Positions 20,238-29,759 of a stretch of 64,000 bases of DNA are shown one piece after another. How positions within the stretch are numbered: position 1 is the first letter of the stretch; every line of letters begins with the position of its first letter. Position numbers and translations under genes: made by a program. The DNA is from Syntrophales bacterium. GTDB taxonomy: Bacteria; Desulfobacterota; Syntrophia; Syntrophales; UBA2210. The stretch spans positions 192,001 to 256,000 of the forward strand of contig CAXXNF010000001.1 of NCBI GenBank assembly GCA_963666365.2, in the 5' to 3' direction. The notes under the pieces were generated by a model. It was not told the origin of the DNA and made no database searches. It was given only the letters and a program-made list of their open reading frames with translations.

Positions 20238-20381
20238 CGTATCTCCTTATGTTAATGTATACAGTTATTACTTCGTTGGGCACGCGTATTGGTTTTGTAC
20301 CGCGAATCGCGACAACACATTGACAATAATAACGACTTTCGCCACATACCGGCGCGGCAAATACTGAACGATACATGTTGG

Positions 20382-20410
20382 AGTATATGGAGATGGAATA
20401 TCCCTGTCAA
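20382..20410 (-). promoter_or_regulatory. Sigma70-type promoter of the methyltransferase operon
   Basis: TTGACA-17 nt-TATACT on the minus strand, about 145 nt upstream of the ATG. Confidence 0.7.
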
Positions 20411-20470
20411 GCGGCTTTATGGAACCTTCTCTCACCTATCTCTCGGTAACATTTTATTATGAGGCAACGG

Positions 20471-20498
20471 GTAATTTCGGGGACAGTATACTTAATTA
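20471..20498. repeat. Solo arm of repeat family B
   Basis: GTAATTTCGGGGACAGTATACTTAATTA, one mismatch to the 8259 arm. Confidence 0.85.
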
Positions 20499-20819
20499 TT
20501 CTGAATACCTCCTTGCCGAGTAAAACAAGCGACTGGGCAGGGATTCCAGAAAGAGGAACAAGCAGGGATGATTTGTCCTCAATGCTGTTGACTGAGCGCC
20601 AGTGGGTTGATTTCGCCGGTACAGACGCTTCATCCGATAAAAACCTCATACAATGTCCCTCTTCCCCTCCATTTCAGCATCACTATTTTTATTATCAGCC
20701 TCTCAAAGTAAGGAAGTACAGGCAAGGAAGCGCCAGTGATAACACGATTCCATGTCTTCTCGAAAACCGGCTGTCTCCTTGCCTGTATTCCTTCACCGCC
20801 ACTATCTCAAGGCTCTGAT

Positions 20820-21974
20820 TTAAAACTCGAAGGCCAGTCTTGCAAACACCTCGTCCGCGGTATCCTGTGCGGCGCTGCCGGCTGCCTTTTCATAATTGCT
20901 CCTGCGATATTCGATCATGAGCGTGGTTGCGAAATCGCCCTTTTCAAAGAGCCTGTAATTGGCGCCGAGAGAGGATCTGTTCTCCAGATGACCGTCCTGA
21001 TCGCCGTCAATATCGTCATCGAAGGCCTCATAGCGGACGGCTATTTCCAATGGATCCGTTACTTGAAAGGCAAGTGCGGCAAACCATGCGGATTCCTTAT
21101 ATTCTCTCCCATCCGTCGTGTGCAGTTCCCGTGCAACCGCAGCGATATATTCGGCATCGAAGGTAACCATTCCAGCCTGATACGCTATTGATCCACCCAC
21201 TGTGGTATTGCGATCCTGCTGTCCCGGTTCCGAATCGAAATACACGCTGAGAGACAGTCCTTCCAGGGGCGCCATAGACAGATTAAGGACATAGGAATTG
21301 ACGTCATCGGTCGGATCTGGGTTCGGATCGGGATCCCTCGTCCATCCATAGGCTGCCGCGGAAACCTTGTCCGCCAGCACCTCTCCCTTGTATATCGTGG
21401 CCGATACATCAAGCCCCCCTACAGCGTGGGTCAGGCCGATTGTCGCCCCGGTTTTGACGATTTCATAGCAGTCCTGGGTAATGGGATCATTGATGAAGTG
21501 GCTGTTGAACACCCCAAAAGGCTGCGTCCGCTTACCTCCGACGAAATACAGGGGGAATCTCTCCTTTTGTATGGTTATCATGGTTTCGTCCCAGAATACC
21601 CGATCGTCTTGGTCGAGGTTTTCTCCCTTGAGGGTTACATTGCCCGTTACCCACTCATTAAATTTCACTTCCAGGCCCAGTTCGGCTGTTCCGATATCGA
21701 ACTCCGAAGAGGAATCGCTGTCTGCATCGTTCAGATTCCTCGGATCCGTATAACTGAAATCCAGCTCAAGGGCGCCGGATATGCTGATTTTATCCAGCCA
21801 GGCTGCCGCCAAACCGGCGGAGGCGCCCTTTTCGATCTTCTGTTCTATTTCCATCACCTTTTGCGCAAGGGCATCGTTCGACATGGCGCCAATGGCCGGC
21901 GGGACAACCGCCAGCGCTACGGAACACACCACGCACACCACAGTTAACAATTTAATATTACGAATTTTCTTCAT
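20820..21974 (-). CDS. Outer-membrane porin, LbtU-like
   Basis: Signal peptide, short coiled coil, ISGALELD, QPFGVFNSHFINDP, terminal ARLAFEF beta-signal; GGAGG before ATG 21974. Confidence 0.8.
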   Translation of the reverse strand: MKKIRNIKLLTVVCVVCSVALAVVPPAIGAMSNDALAQKVMEIEQKIEKGASAGLAAAWLDKISISGALELDFSYTDPRNLNDADSDSSSEFDIGTAELGLEVKFNEWVTGNVTLKGENLDQDDRVFWDETMITIQKERFPLYFVGGKRTQPFGVFNSHFINDPITQDCYEIVKTGATIGLTHAVGGLDVSATIYKGEVLADKVSAAAYGWTRDPDPNPDPTDDVNSYVLNLSMAPLEGLSLSVYFDSEPGQQDRNTTVGGSIAYQAGMVTFDAEYIAAVARELHTTDGREYKESAWFAALAFQVTDPLEIAVRYEAFDDDIDGDQDGHLENRSSLGANYRLFEKGDFATTLMIEYRRSNYEKAAGSAAQDTADEVFARLAFEF

Positions 21975-22077
21975 GTACTTTATCCTCCATTGCATAATCA
22001 TCAATAAAACAAACTCTTGTTCCCGTTGCATGTATCACCGCATAGCGCTCGGTGATGCATTTCATCGGATATTTCAT

Positions 22078-22140
22078 AAAAAAAAGACGCCATGTTCTCT
22101 GTATGATTACAGTTATCCATGCGTCTTCACTTGTTCCGCC
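22078..22140 (-). terminator. Terminator/attenuator-like hairpin upstream of the porin
   Basis: AAGACGCATG...CATGGCGTCTT running into a T8 tract on the minus strand. Confidence 0.65.
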
Positions 22141-22199
22141 CTCTGTCGGACCCGTAAGTTCGCTTTTTTATAAAATTACCTTGATATATCCATTTCGCC

Positions 22200-23003
22200 C
22201 TACTTCATATCTCTGGCCTGCACCCAAATCACCGCATCCTGCGACAATTCCTTGCCTTTATAGTCTTTGTCCGGTCCGACTCCGAGGGCGCAAAATCCCC
22301 ACCAGCCGGCCCTGGGAATACCGAAAGAGAATTCACCGTTCACATTGGCCTTTATGGTCATGGTCACAAAGGCGTCCTGAGGCGCTTCCACTTCCGCTCG
22401 GGCGGAAAAAGCGTTCTTGTCCGGTTGCGGTTGGTGATTCATGTACTCCACCTCGATTTCCGCATAGGGAATGGGTTTGCCGTCGCTCAGGACGATTCCC
22501 CGGAACACGTTGCCGGTCCAGAGTGCATAGGGTTTGTCAAGCGGAACTATTTCCGCAGGAAGGCCGATCTTTGCATCCCAATCCGTGGGAAACCCACCGG
22601 TATTGACAACCATTTTGCTAATCTGCTGAATATAGCAATTCTCTTCCTTCTCCAAATACGGCGCCGGCACCAGACAGAATACATTGTCTCCCATGCCGCG
22701 CAGCTTGTACGTCGTCTCATAGGCCGCACCGCTGTTGGTAAGGCTGGTCCAGGAAATCGGCTTGACCGTTCGGAGCAAATCTTCTTTCTTTCCCTTGCGC
22801 ACTACAAAAAACTGTTCCGGCGCACCCATGTCCATAGTATGCCCCGCTTCGAAAGGGTGAGTGAAGACAAGTTTAAGGTCAATGGCCTCTGCCTTTCCCA
22901 ATGCCGATTCTGGCGTGTAAATCATCTGGAAATGGGCAAATGCCGGACCGGTCATACACATCATCATTCCAACCAACATAATAATTGCTTTTTTCATAGA
23001 CAC
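22200..23003 (-). CDS. DUF4198-family periplasmic metal-uptake protein
   Basis: Signal peptide then AHFQMIY, VFTHPF, EIVPLDKPY, VFRGIVLSDGKP, GWWGFCAL. Confidence 0.85.
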   Translation of the reverse strand: MSMKKAIIMLVGMMMCMTGPAFAHFQMIYTPESALGKAEAIDLKLVFTHPFEAGHTMDMGAPEQFFVVRKGKKEDLLRTVKPISWTSLTNSGAAYETTYKLRGMGDNVFCLVPAPYLEKEENCYIQQISKMVVNTGGFPTDWDAKIGLPAEIVPLDKPYALWTGNVFRGIVLSDGKPIPYAEIEVEYMNHQPQPDKNAFSARAEVEAPQDAFVTMTIKANVNGEFSFGIPRAGWWGFCALGVGPDKDYKGKELSQDAVIWVQARDMK

Positions 23004-23033
23004 TTCTCCTTATTCTTTGTTTGATTTGGCAAT

Positions 23034-23357
23034 TTATTCAGCAATATCGTTCCCTTCTATCTCCACGACATGCCCCGGACCGGCGTCAAAATAAATCTTA
23101 TAGGGAACGGAAGGCTTCTCGAAGGTAAATTCACTGTTTTTATCCATTTTCCCATTGTTCAGCACCTTCCCCTGAACATCTTCCACACGCATCTGTACTC
23201 CCGAGGCCGAAGAGCCGTCCGAGAACCCGCCCTCGCACGTGACTGTTCCATCTCCGTTGTCGTAACAGGAGCAGAGCGGCGTATGGGCAATCACCCGGCC
23301 GGGCATTATGAATGCCAACGCCAGAATCCCCATAATTACTATTTTTTTTCTACACAT
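23034..23357 (-). CDS. Small periplasmic protein, Feo/DUF4198-associated
   Basis: Signal peptide, AHTPLCSCYDNGDG..CEGGFSDGS, FDAGPGH. Confidence 0.75.
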   Translation of the reverse strand: MCRKKIVIMGILALAFIMPGRVIAHTPLCSCYDNGDGTVTCEGGFSDGSSASGVQMRVEDVQGKVLNNGKMDKNSEFTFEKPSVPYKIYFDAGPGHVVEIEGNDIAE

Positions 23358-23375
23358 CTTCTTTCCTCCTCTCTC

Positions 23376-25844
23376 TTATTCATGTTCGGATTTGTTTTTC
23401 AAAAAACCGGTTGCAATCGTCAGCGCCAAAGCTACGCCAAAAAAAGCGCCCATGGCCTGAAGCCCGGAAAGACCGAGCGCGCTCCCTCCTGAAAAGATCA
23501 GGCTTGCCGTCGCCAATCCCAGCGCCATGGGATAGACGATGGAAAAGAGCATCCATTTAATGGAACCGGACTGCAGTTTTACGGCGATGGCCGTGGCGAT
23601 GCAGGGCGGATAGAGCACCATGAACAGCATCAGCGCCAGGGCGTGCAGGGACGTAAAGCCCGCTTCACCCCTGGCCATGCGCTGCTCCAGGGCTTCCCCC
23701 TCTTCTTCCGCTTCATACAGCGCCCCAAGGGTGGCCACGCTGCTCTCCTTGGCGGCAAGCGCGCTCAGAAGGGCTACATTTACGCGCCAATTAAAACCGG
23801 CCGCCTGCGTGACCGGTTCCAGCCATTTCCCCAATTTTCCCAAAAAACTGGTATCGATGCGTTCCTGTCGCATGTGGCGTAGAAGATCCCTTCGCTCATT
23901 AAAGAGAGTTTTGAAGGCACGATTGACCTTCCCAGCAGCCTTGTCCGTTCCCGGCTGCACAATGCGGAAAAACACCGGATCACGCGATTCAAAGCGGGCA
24001 TTGAGCGCGGCAACCGCTGAACTGTCCGATTTCCTCATTTTGGCATTCTTGTAGTCATTCCAGTAGAGCACGAGATCCATTATCCGTTCGCCCTGCAGGT
24101 CTTTCTCATAGGATGTACCGTTCACCTTACTGAGAAACACGCCCAAGGCCTTGTCCTTTTCCGCGTGGTAATAGGCCATCCTCTCCTGTCCGATGCCGGG
24201 GAACTGCAGCAACACGAACAGGACCACCGCAACGGCCGCCACAACCGTCGTAATCTTTCTCAGAAACAGCCAGACCCGTTCCAGGGCGCGTCCCAGAACA
24301 CCGCGAACCGAGGGAAGGTGATATGATGGCATCTCCATGACAAAGGGCGCTGTTTCTTTCTTTCTCAAAACGGTCAACGTCAAAATTTTTGCGGTAGGAA
24401 GCACCAGAAGCAGGCTGATGGTGCTTATGAAGAACATGGCCAATCCTTTGTGCGCCGCAAAATAGATATTTATCAAAAGGACATACAGGGGCACCTTGGC
24501 CAGGCAGTTAAGCATCGGAATAATTAAAATGGTGGCAAGCCGCGACCGTTCGTCGGGAATGCCCTTACAGGACATCACACCCGGTACCGCGCAGCCGCCC
24601 ACGTAAATGCCTCCCAGCACCATGGGCAGTGTTGACTGACCATGGAGCCCATAGCGGCTGAACAGTCGATCCATGATAAAGGCCATCCGAGGCATGTAAC
24701 CGCTGTCCTCCAGTATGGCGATAAGACCGAAGAGAATGAAAAAAATGGGAATATAGTTCAGCAGGGCGTTAATGCTGTCGACACACCAGAGCGTAAAAGA
24801 CCGGATCAGCGGTATTTCTATGAACCCGGGATTCGGAGTAACGGCTTCGGCCACACTTCTCAGTGTGGCAAGAAGCGGCCACGTGTAATTGGTGACATTA
24901 TAGCCCTGCACAATGGAAAGATAATACAGCAGCCAGATGACCGTCAGAAGGATAAGCGGTCCGAGGAATTTGTGGCAGACAAAGCGGTCTATGAAATCGG
25001 TCGCTCTGCCCCTGCTGTTCGTTTCGTTCGTAACACAGGATGCAGATATTTCATCGGCCCTTTGATAGCGACGATGGGCAATATGCAGTTCAGGCATCTC
25101 GCCGTGTTCATGTTCGAAATCTTTTCGCAGTTTCTCGACGAATTCAAAGAATGCTGCGGATTGGGCATGGGCATCCTCTATCAGGCGCTTCGCCTCGCCA
25201 TCGCCCTCCATGAGTTTAATGGCCAGCCATCTCAGAGGATAGTGCACCGCCAGAGTGGTTTCAGACGCAAGCCGTTCACTGATGTCGCGCAGAAAAGGCT
25301 CCATATCGCCGTAATCAATGCGAACCGCCTTCGCAGGTTCTACCCCATCCAAGGCAGCATCAATGGCTTTGAGCAAATTCTGCTTCCCGGAACCGTTTTT
25401 CATGGACGTGGGAACGACAGGAACTCCTATCGTCTTCGAAAGCTTTACAACATCTATTTCGGCGCCGCTCCGTTTCGCCACGTCCATCATGTTCAGATTC
25501 AATATAACGGAAATGTCCATTTCCAGTAGCTGAAAAGTAAAGTACAGACTGCGCTTCAGATTCGACGCATCTACGACATTGATGGCAACTGCCGGGTTCT
25601 CATGAAGAATGAAATCTCGCGTGACTCGTTCTTCTGGAGAATAAAAAGTAAGGCTGTACGCACCGGGAAGATCAACCACTTCCACCCTGACACCGTTATA
25701 TCGATACCATCCGACCATCTTGTCCACGGTTACGCCGGGATAATTGGCCACGTGCTGGCTCGCACCGGTAAGTGCATTAAACACGGTGGACTTGCCGCAA
25801 TTAGGCTGTCCGGCAAGAGAGATCAGGTACTTTTGGCCTTTCAT
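23376..25844 (-). CDS. feoB: Ferrous iron transporter B
   Basis: GQPNCGKS, NYPGVTVD, DLPG, NMMD GTPase motifs; LEDSGYMPR gate; PCIAT. Confidence 0.97.
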   Translation of the reverse strand: MKGQKYLISLAGQPNCGKSTVFNALTGASQHVANYPGVTVDKMVGWYRYNGVRVEVVDLPGAYSLTFYSPEERVTRDFILHENPAVAINVVDASNLKRSLYFTFQLLEMDISVILNLNMMDVAKRSGAEIDVVKLSKTIGVPVVPTSMKNGSGKQNLLKAIDAALDGVEPAKAVRIDYGDMEPFLRDISERLASETTLAVHYPLRWLAIKLMEGDGEAKRLIEDAHAQSAAFFEFVEKLRKDFEHEHGEMPELHIAHRRYQRADEISASCVTNETNSRGRATDFIDRFVCHKFLGPLILLTVIWLLYYLSIVQGYNVTNYTWPLLATLRSVAEAVTPNPGFIEIPLIRSFTLWCVDSINALLNYIPIFFILFGLIAILEDSGYMPRMAFIMDRLFSRYGLHGQSTLPMVLGGIYVGGCAVPGVMSCKGIPDERSRLATILIIPMLNCLAKVPLYVLLINIYFAAHKGLAMFFISTISLLLVLPTAKILTLTVLRKKETAPFVMEMPSYHLPSVRGVLGRALERVWLFLRKITTVVAAVAVVLFVLLQFPGIGQERMAYYHAEKDKALGVFLSKVNGTSYEKDLQGERIMDLVLYWNDYKNAKMRKSDSSAVAALNARFESRDPVFFRIVQPGTDKAAGKVNRAFKTLFNERRDLLRHMRQERIDTSFLGKLGKWLEPVTQAAGFNWRVNVALLSALAAKESSVATLGALYEAEEEGEALEQRMARGEAGFTSLHALALMLFMVLYPPCIATAIAVKLQSGSIKWMLFSIVYPMALGLATASLIFSGGSALGLSGLQAMGAFFGVALALTIATGFLKNKSEHE

Positions 25845-26065
25845 GGCAGTTCCACCTCGACAAATCGAGCCTCTTCGTGACGGAGACTGATGCAGTAGCC
25901 GTCCAGTGCAACTTCCATGGGATCGTCAAGAGGGGCGTTTCGAATTACCCTCATCCTCAAACCGGGATACACCCCCATATCGAGCAGTCTCTGCCCCAGT
26001 GTATCGACTGTTTTCAATTTTTTAATACGACACTCGCCACCCGGTTTAATCTGATCCAGCGTCAT
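25841..26065 (-). CDS. feoA: Ferrous iron transport protein A
   Basis: QRLLDMGVYPG..RNAPLDDP..SLRHEEA; 4-nt overlap with feoB. Confidence 0.95.
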   Translation of the reverse strand: MTLDQIKPGGECRIKKLKTVDTLGQRLLDMGVYPGLRMRVIRNAPLDDPMEVALDGYCISLRHEEARFVEVELP

Positions 26066-26084
26066 GTTTCATTCTCCTCAGTTC

Positions 26085-26155
26085 AAAAACAAAAAGGCGC
26101 AACCTGATGCGCTTCGCACGCTTCAAGTTGCGCCTTCGCTTCCATCGCGCCGATA
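26085..26155 (-). terminator. Terminator/attenuator-like hairpin directly upstream of feoA
   Basis: AAGGCGCAACTTGA...TCAGGTTGCGCCTT followed by TTTGTTTTT, just before the feoA RBS. Confidence 0.7.
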
Positions 26156-26331
26156 AAGGCCGACGGCCGCAAGCCGCACCACATAATGTTCGATTACTAT
26201 ACCTTAAAAATAATTGCCTAATGTACGTACTATTCTTACATCGTCACGCATTTTTAAATGCCCTTGATTCATCTTCATACCCTCATTGATCTTCAACATA
26301 TGATTTGCCCCTTCCGTTTCTGCTCGCGCAT

Positions 26332-26685
26332 TCACAAAAAATTCCTCTGGGACTGTGACACAGGCGATTCGATCAACACCTGCGTCAGTTTTTTACGCAA
26401 AATTTCAAGCTGCCTTGATTTGAAGGCCTTTCTACTCTGCTCCAATACTTCTATGGCTTCTTTAAGCGCATTTTCCAACTTGAGTTCTCTCGTTCGTGCA
26501 TGACACATCCATTCAAGTGCGTGCAGAGAGTGGTCATCGCCCTGTTCTTTCAGAAAAGAAGCTACAAGAATGCAATGTGCAGTTATACCGCGTTGAAGCT
26601 CTTTCATGCTTGCGCTGAGCGCATTAAGTAGAGTTGTATCTGAGATCTGCATAAACTTATATTTACCTTCCAATGTTATATTCAT
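26332..26685 (-). CDS. Hypothetical helical protein downstream of the DtxR-family gene (start uncertain)
   Basis: ORF with amphipathic C-terminus LKEAIEVLEQSRKAFKSRQLEILRKKL, co-oriented in the cluster. Confidence 0.6.
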   Translation of the reverse strand: MNITLEGKYKFMQISDTTLLNALSASMKELQRGITAHCILVASFLKEQGDDHSLHALEWMCHARTRELKLENALKEAIEVLEQSRKAFKSRQLEILRKKLTQVLIESPVSQSQRNFL

Positions 26686-26764
26686 CTAACAATACTGACA
26701 AAAAAAACCAGCGGGACATTTCTTTTCAAAAAACGGATGGCACTTCAGATTCCTTCTCACATAC

Positions 26765-27322
26765 TCACCCCTCATTATCTTCATTGTCACCCAAATCAAT
26801 CTGGCTTCTAAATTCACAGGAAAACGCTGCGCCGTTCTTTCGACATTTGTCAGGATCGCAGCCCTGCTGCCGGTATTCCTCGAAATAGCGAAGCCAGCTC
26901 TCGCCGGTTCGTGGGCATATCTGAACAAATTCCATAAAGTCCGTCAACGTTGCCAGCGTTGAGGCACTGAGTATATGCTCCATTTTGCAGGCCTCTTCGT
27001 CGGCAACGGTGCCTTCGATTCGCAATATTTCAGTCAAAAACCTGCGCAATGCTTCGTGCCTGCGGCGCATCTCCTTTCCGACGGCGGCTCCGCTTTTCGT
27101 CAGCTCTACATATTCATATCGTTCGTAATGGATCAATCCATTATTTTTCAATGTTTTCAACATGCTGGACACGGTGGGCATCTTGACGTTCATCCGCTTG
27201 GCGATATCTTTGACGCGCACCACCCTTTTTTCCTTATCGAGATCGAAAATGGTTTCCAGATAGTCTTCCATGACCGACGTCAAAGGTTTCTCATCCTCTT
27301 TTTTTTCATTATGGAGTATCAC
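26765..27322 (-). CDS. DtxR/MntR-family metal-dependent transcriptional regulator
   Basis: MEDYLETI, VRVKDIA..VKMPTVSSML, RRHEAL, EEACKMEH; Cys-containing tail. Confidence 0.93.
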   Translation of the reverse strand: MILHNEKKEDEKPLTSVMEDYLETIFDLDKEKRVVRVKDIAKRMNVKMPTVSSMLKTLKNNGLIHYERYEYVELTKSGAAVGKEMRRRHEALRRFLTEILRIEGTVADEEACKMEHILSASTLATLTDFMEFVQICPRTGESWLRYFEEYRQQGCDPDKCRKNGAAFSCEFRSQIDLGDNEDNEG

Positions 27323-27335
27323 GATGCATGCTCCT

Positions 27336-27395
27336 TGTTAGAATTATCTAACATAGATTTGATTAACTAATAATTTACTCTGCCCTTCATGTCAA
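27336..27395 (-). promoter_or_regulatory. Promoter and palindromic operator of the DtxR-family gene
   Basis: TTGACA at 27390-27395 (minus); perfect 7-4-7 palindrome TGTTAGA-N4-TCTAACA at 27336-27353 next to the RBS. Confidence 0.6.
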
Positions 27396-27565
27396 GCTTT
27401 TTTTGAAATAGTCTTGCGGCACACAGCGCAATATTGTACTCTTCTTCGCGTCGGGAACCGTTTTCCATCGCTGTACTCTTTGAAACTCCAGGGGACTTAC
27501 ACCACACAGACAGCCGCCACTACAAAGGATAGGGCGGTAATAACGCATTTAAAAGGGAGAACTCC

Positions 27566-28816
27566 ATGGCTGACAGGAAGGATTCCATTGTTTTTACGCC
27601 AGGCAGAATCGGCGCCATCGAGCTGAAGAATCGGCTCATCCGTTCCGCAACCTTCGAACATATCGCAACGGCCGAAGGAGAAATATCGGATGCGCTTATC
27701 GACTTTCACCGCACCCTTGCAAAGGGCGGCGTGGGGCTTATCGTAACGGGAATCTCATGGTTTTACCCTTACAGGGAAGCACCGCCGCATATGGCGAGAG
27801 TCGACAGCGATTCTTTCATCCCGGGACTGCGAAGACTTGCCCGCGCGGTCCATGAGGCCGACCGGGATTGCAGGATCATGCTCCAGCTGCATCATCCCGG
27901 CCGCCAGGTGACACGCCCGGAGGAGGCGGAGAAGATCGCCGCCGTAATCCCCCCTGCCCTTCTGAGAGTCATGCAAAATCAACCGGAAACGGGCAGCGAC
28001 AGTCCTGCGCCGCCGCATGCCGTCGAAGAACCGGTGGCCCCATCTGCCGTGCGGGATACCCTTTACGATCGTATCCCCCGGACCTTGACCGTCGACGAGA
28101 TAGAACAGATAATCGACAGTGCCGCCGAAGCCGTTCGCCGGGCCCGGGACGCCGGATTTGACGGGGTCCAGCTCCATGCCGCCCACGGCTGGCTCCTCTC
28201 TTCGTTTTTGTCTCCCAGGACCAATCGCCGCACCGACCGATACGGCGGTTCCACCGAAAATCGCGCGAGGATCGTCACGGAGATCTACCGCCGGGCGAGA
28301 ACAAAAGTGGGGGACCGTTTTCCTCTGTTAATCAAATTCAATGCCACTGATTTTCTTCCCGGCGGCACGGATCTGGAGGAAGGCATCCGGGTGGCGAAGA
28401 TTCTCGCGGAGACCGGCTTTGACGCGGTCGAGGTAAGCGGAGGAATGTGGGAGGCGACAACCCGCAGTGAGGATGAGCTGGGATGGCCGCCCGTGCTCCT
28501 GCCCGAATCCAGGACGAATATCAGGACCATCGATCAGGAAGGCTACTTTCTGCCGGCCGCAAAGGCCGTCAAGGACCACACGGCCAATACCGTCATTTCC
28601 GTCGGAGGATACCGCTCTTTTCGCAAGATCGAGGATGCCCTCGCATCGAAGAGCGCCGATTTTATCTCGCTGTCCCGACCTCTGATCAGACAGCCCGATC
28701 TTCCCAACCTCTGGTACTCGGGAGCGGGACCGGACAGGGCGGAATGCATTTCCTGCAATGCCTGCCTGCCCGTCGGCACCTTAACCACCGTCTGCCGGGC
28801 GAAAGGCCAGAGGTAA
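27566..28816 (+). CDS. NADH:flavin oxidoreductase (old yellow enzyme family)
   Basis: LKNRLIRSATFE, GGVGLIVTG, AGFDGVQLHAAHGWLLSSFLSP, NRRTDRYGGS, SRPLIRQPDL, CISCNAC. Confidence 0.92.
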   Translation: MADRKDSIVFTPGRIGAIELKNRLIRSATFEHIATAEGEISDALIDFHRTLAKGGVGLIVTGISWFYPYREAPPHMARVDSDSFIPGLRRLARAVHEADRDCRIMLQLHHPGRQVTRPEEAEKIAAVIPPALLRVMQNQPETGSDSPAPPHAVEEPVAPSAVRDTLYDRIPRTLTVDEIEQIIDSAAEAVRRARDAGFDGVQLHAAHGWLLSSFLSPRTNRRTDRYGGSTENRARIVTEIYRRARTKVGDRFPLLIKFNATDFLPGGTDLEEGIRVAKILAETGFDAVEVSGGMWEATTRSEDELGWPPVLLPESRTNIRTIDQEGYFLPAAKAVKDHTANTVISVGGYRSFRKIEDALASKSADFISLSRPLIRQPDLPNLWYSGAGPDRAECISCNACLPVGTLTTVCRAKGQR

Positions 28817-28818
28817 GG

Positions 28819-28970
28819 GAGACCCGCCTCCGATCGAGCGCTTTACATCACTCTCTTTTCTGCCCGGGCTTGATCCGAAATCAGAAAAGGGCTTAAAAAC
28901 CGGCTGCCTTCCGGACTTGACCCGGGATCTGCCGGCTCAACGAACTTGATGCTGCTATGAGGCTCTACAA
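28819..28970. repeat. Decayed copy 2 of repeat family A
   Basis: CCGGGCTTGATCCGAAATCAGAAA...GGACTTGACCCGGGATCTGCCGGC aligns with 6186-6263. Confidence 0.65.
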
Positions 28971-28984
28971 GGGAGGGATAGAGG

Positions 28985-29588
28985 ATGGGAAAAATCTTTC
29001 TTGAAACGGTCCGTTCGGAGAGATTGGCGCACCTGTCCTATGTGGTCGGTCGTGGCGGAAAAGCGGCCGTCATCGACCCCCCGCAGGGACAAACGTCGAT
29101 ATATGGACATCGCCTACCGCTATCCCGCACACGGCGCCGGTTCAGTGTGCGGGGCCGGCATGGCCGATCGGAAGTTTACCACACTGGGCTACGAACGAAG
29201 GCACAACCCTGTCTTGCGGAACACAAACGAGGGACTGCATGCATGGCAAATCAGCGGACGCACCTACGATCAGATACCTGCCGTTCACGCCTCGGAATTG
29301 GTCAGGAGAATCCAATCCGAAGAAAGCTTTACTCTTCTGGATATCCGCAAAATCGACGAATATGAAGAGAGACGACTGCCCGGTGCGGTCCATATCTTTC
29401 TGGGGGAACTTCCGGAAAGGCTTAACGAGATTCCTAAGGATCGGCCTGTCGCAACTTTTTGCGGCAGCAGCCAGCGGGCCATCATCGTCGCATCGATTCT
29501 GAAACAACATGGCTTTACAATGGTGGAAGACTCCCTGGGATCGATGGCGGCATGTCAGGCTATCGGCTGTCCTATAGTAGCGCGCTGA
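28985..29588 (+). pseudogene. MBL-fold hydrolase/rhodanese fusion, frameshifted and internally deleted
   Basis: LAHLSYVV..AAVIDP in one frame; +1 shift in the C6 run at 29077-29082; then RRD..YPAHGAGSVCG..TTLGYERRHNP and a rhodanese domain (FCGSSQRA); metal-binding region missing. Confidence 0.8.
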
Positions 29589-29759
29589 GCCCGATGTTCA
29601 TCAACAATGATTAGGGCGCAGGAATTACTCTTGCGATGAAAGCGGTCATAGTATACTCTTCGCAATTACGGGAACCGTTATCATTCATCGCACCCAGGCT
29701 GTGTTCAGGATTGTTCTTTCGCCATCTTTCGCTTCAGTTCCGACTAAGGGGGGAACACT

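Noticed and set aside
20459..20818. 119-aa ORF or transposase remnant beside the solo repeat arm
   Set aside because: No transposase motifs and no RBS evident.
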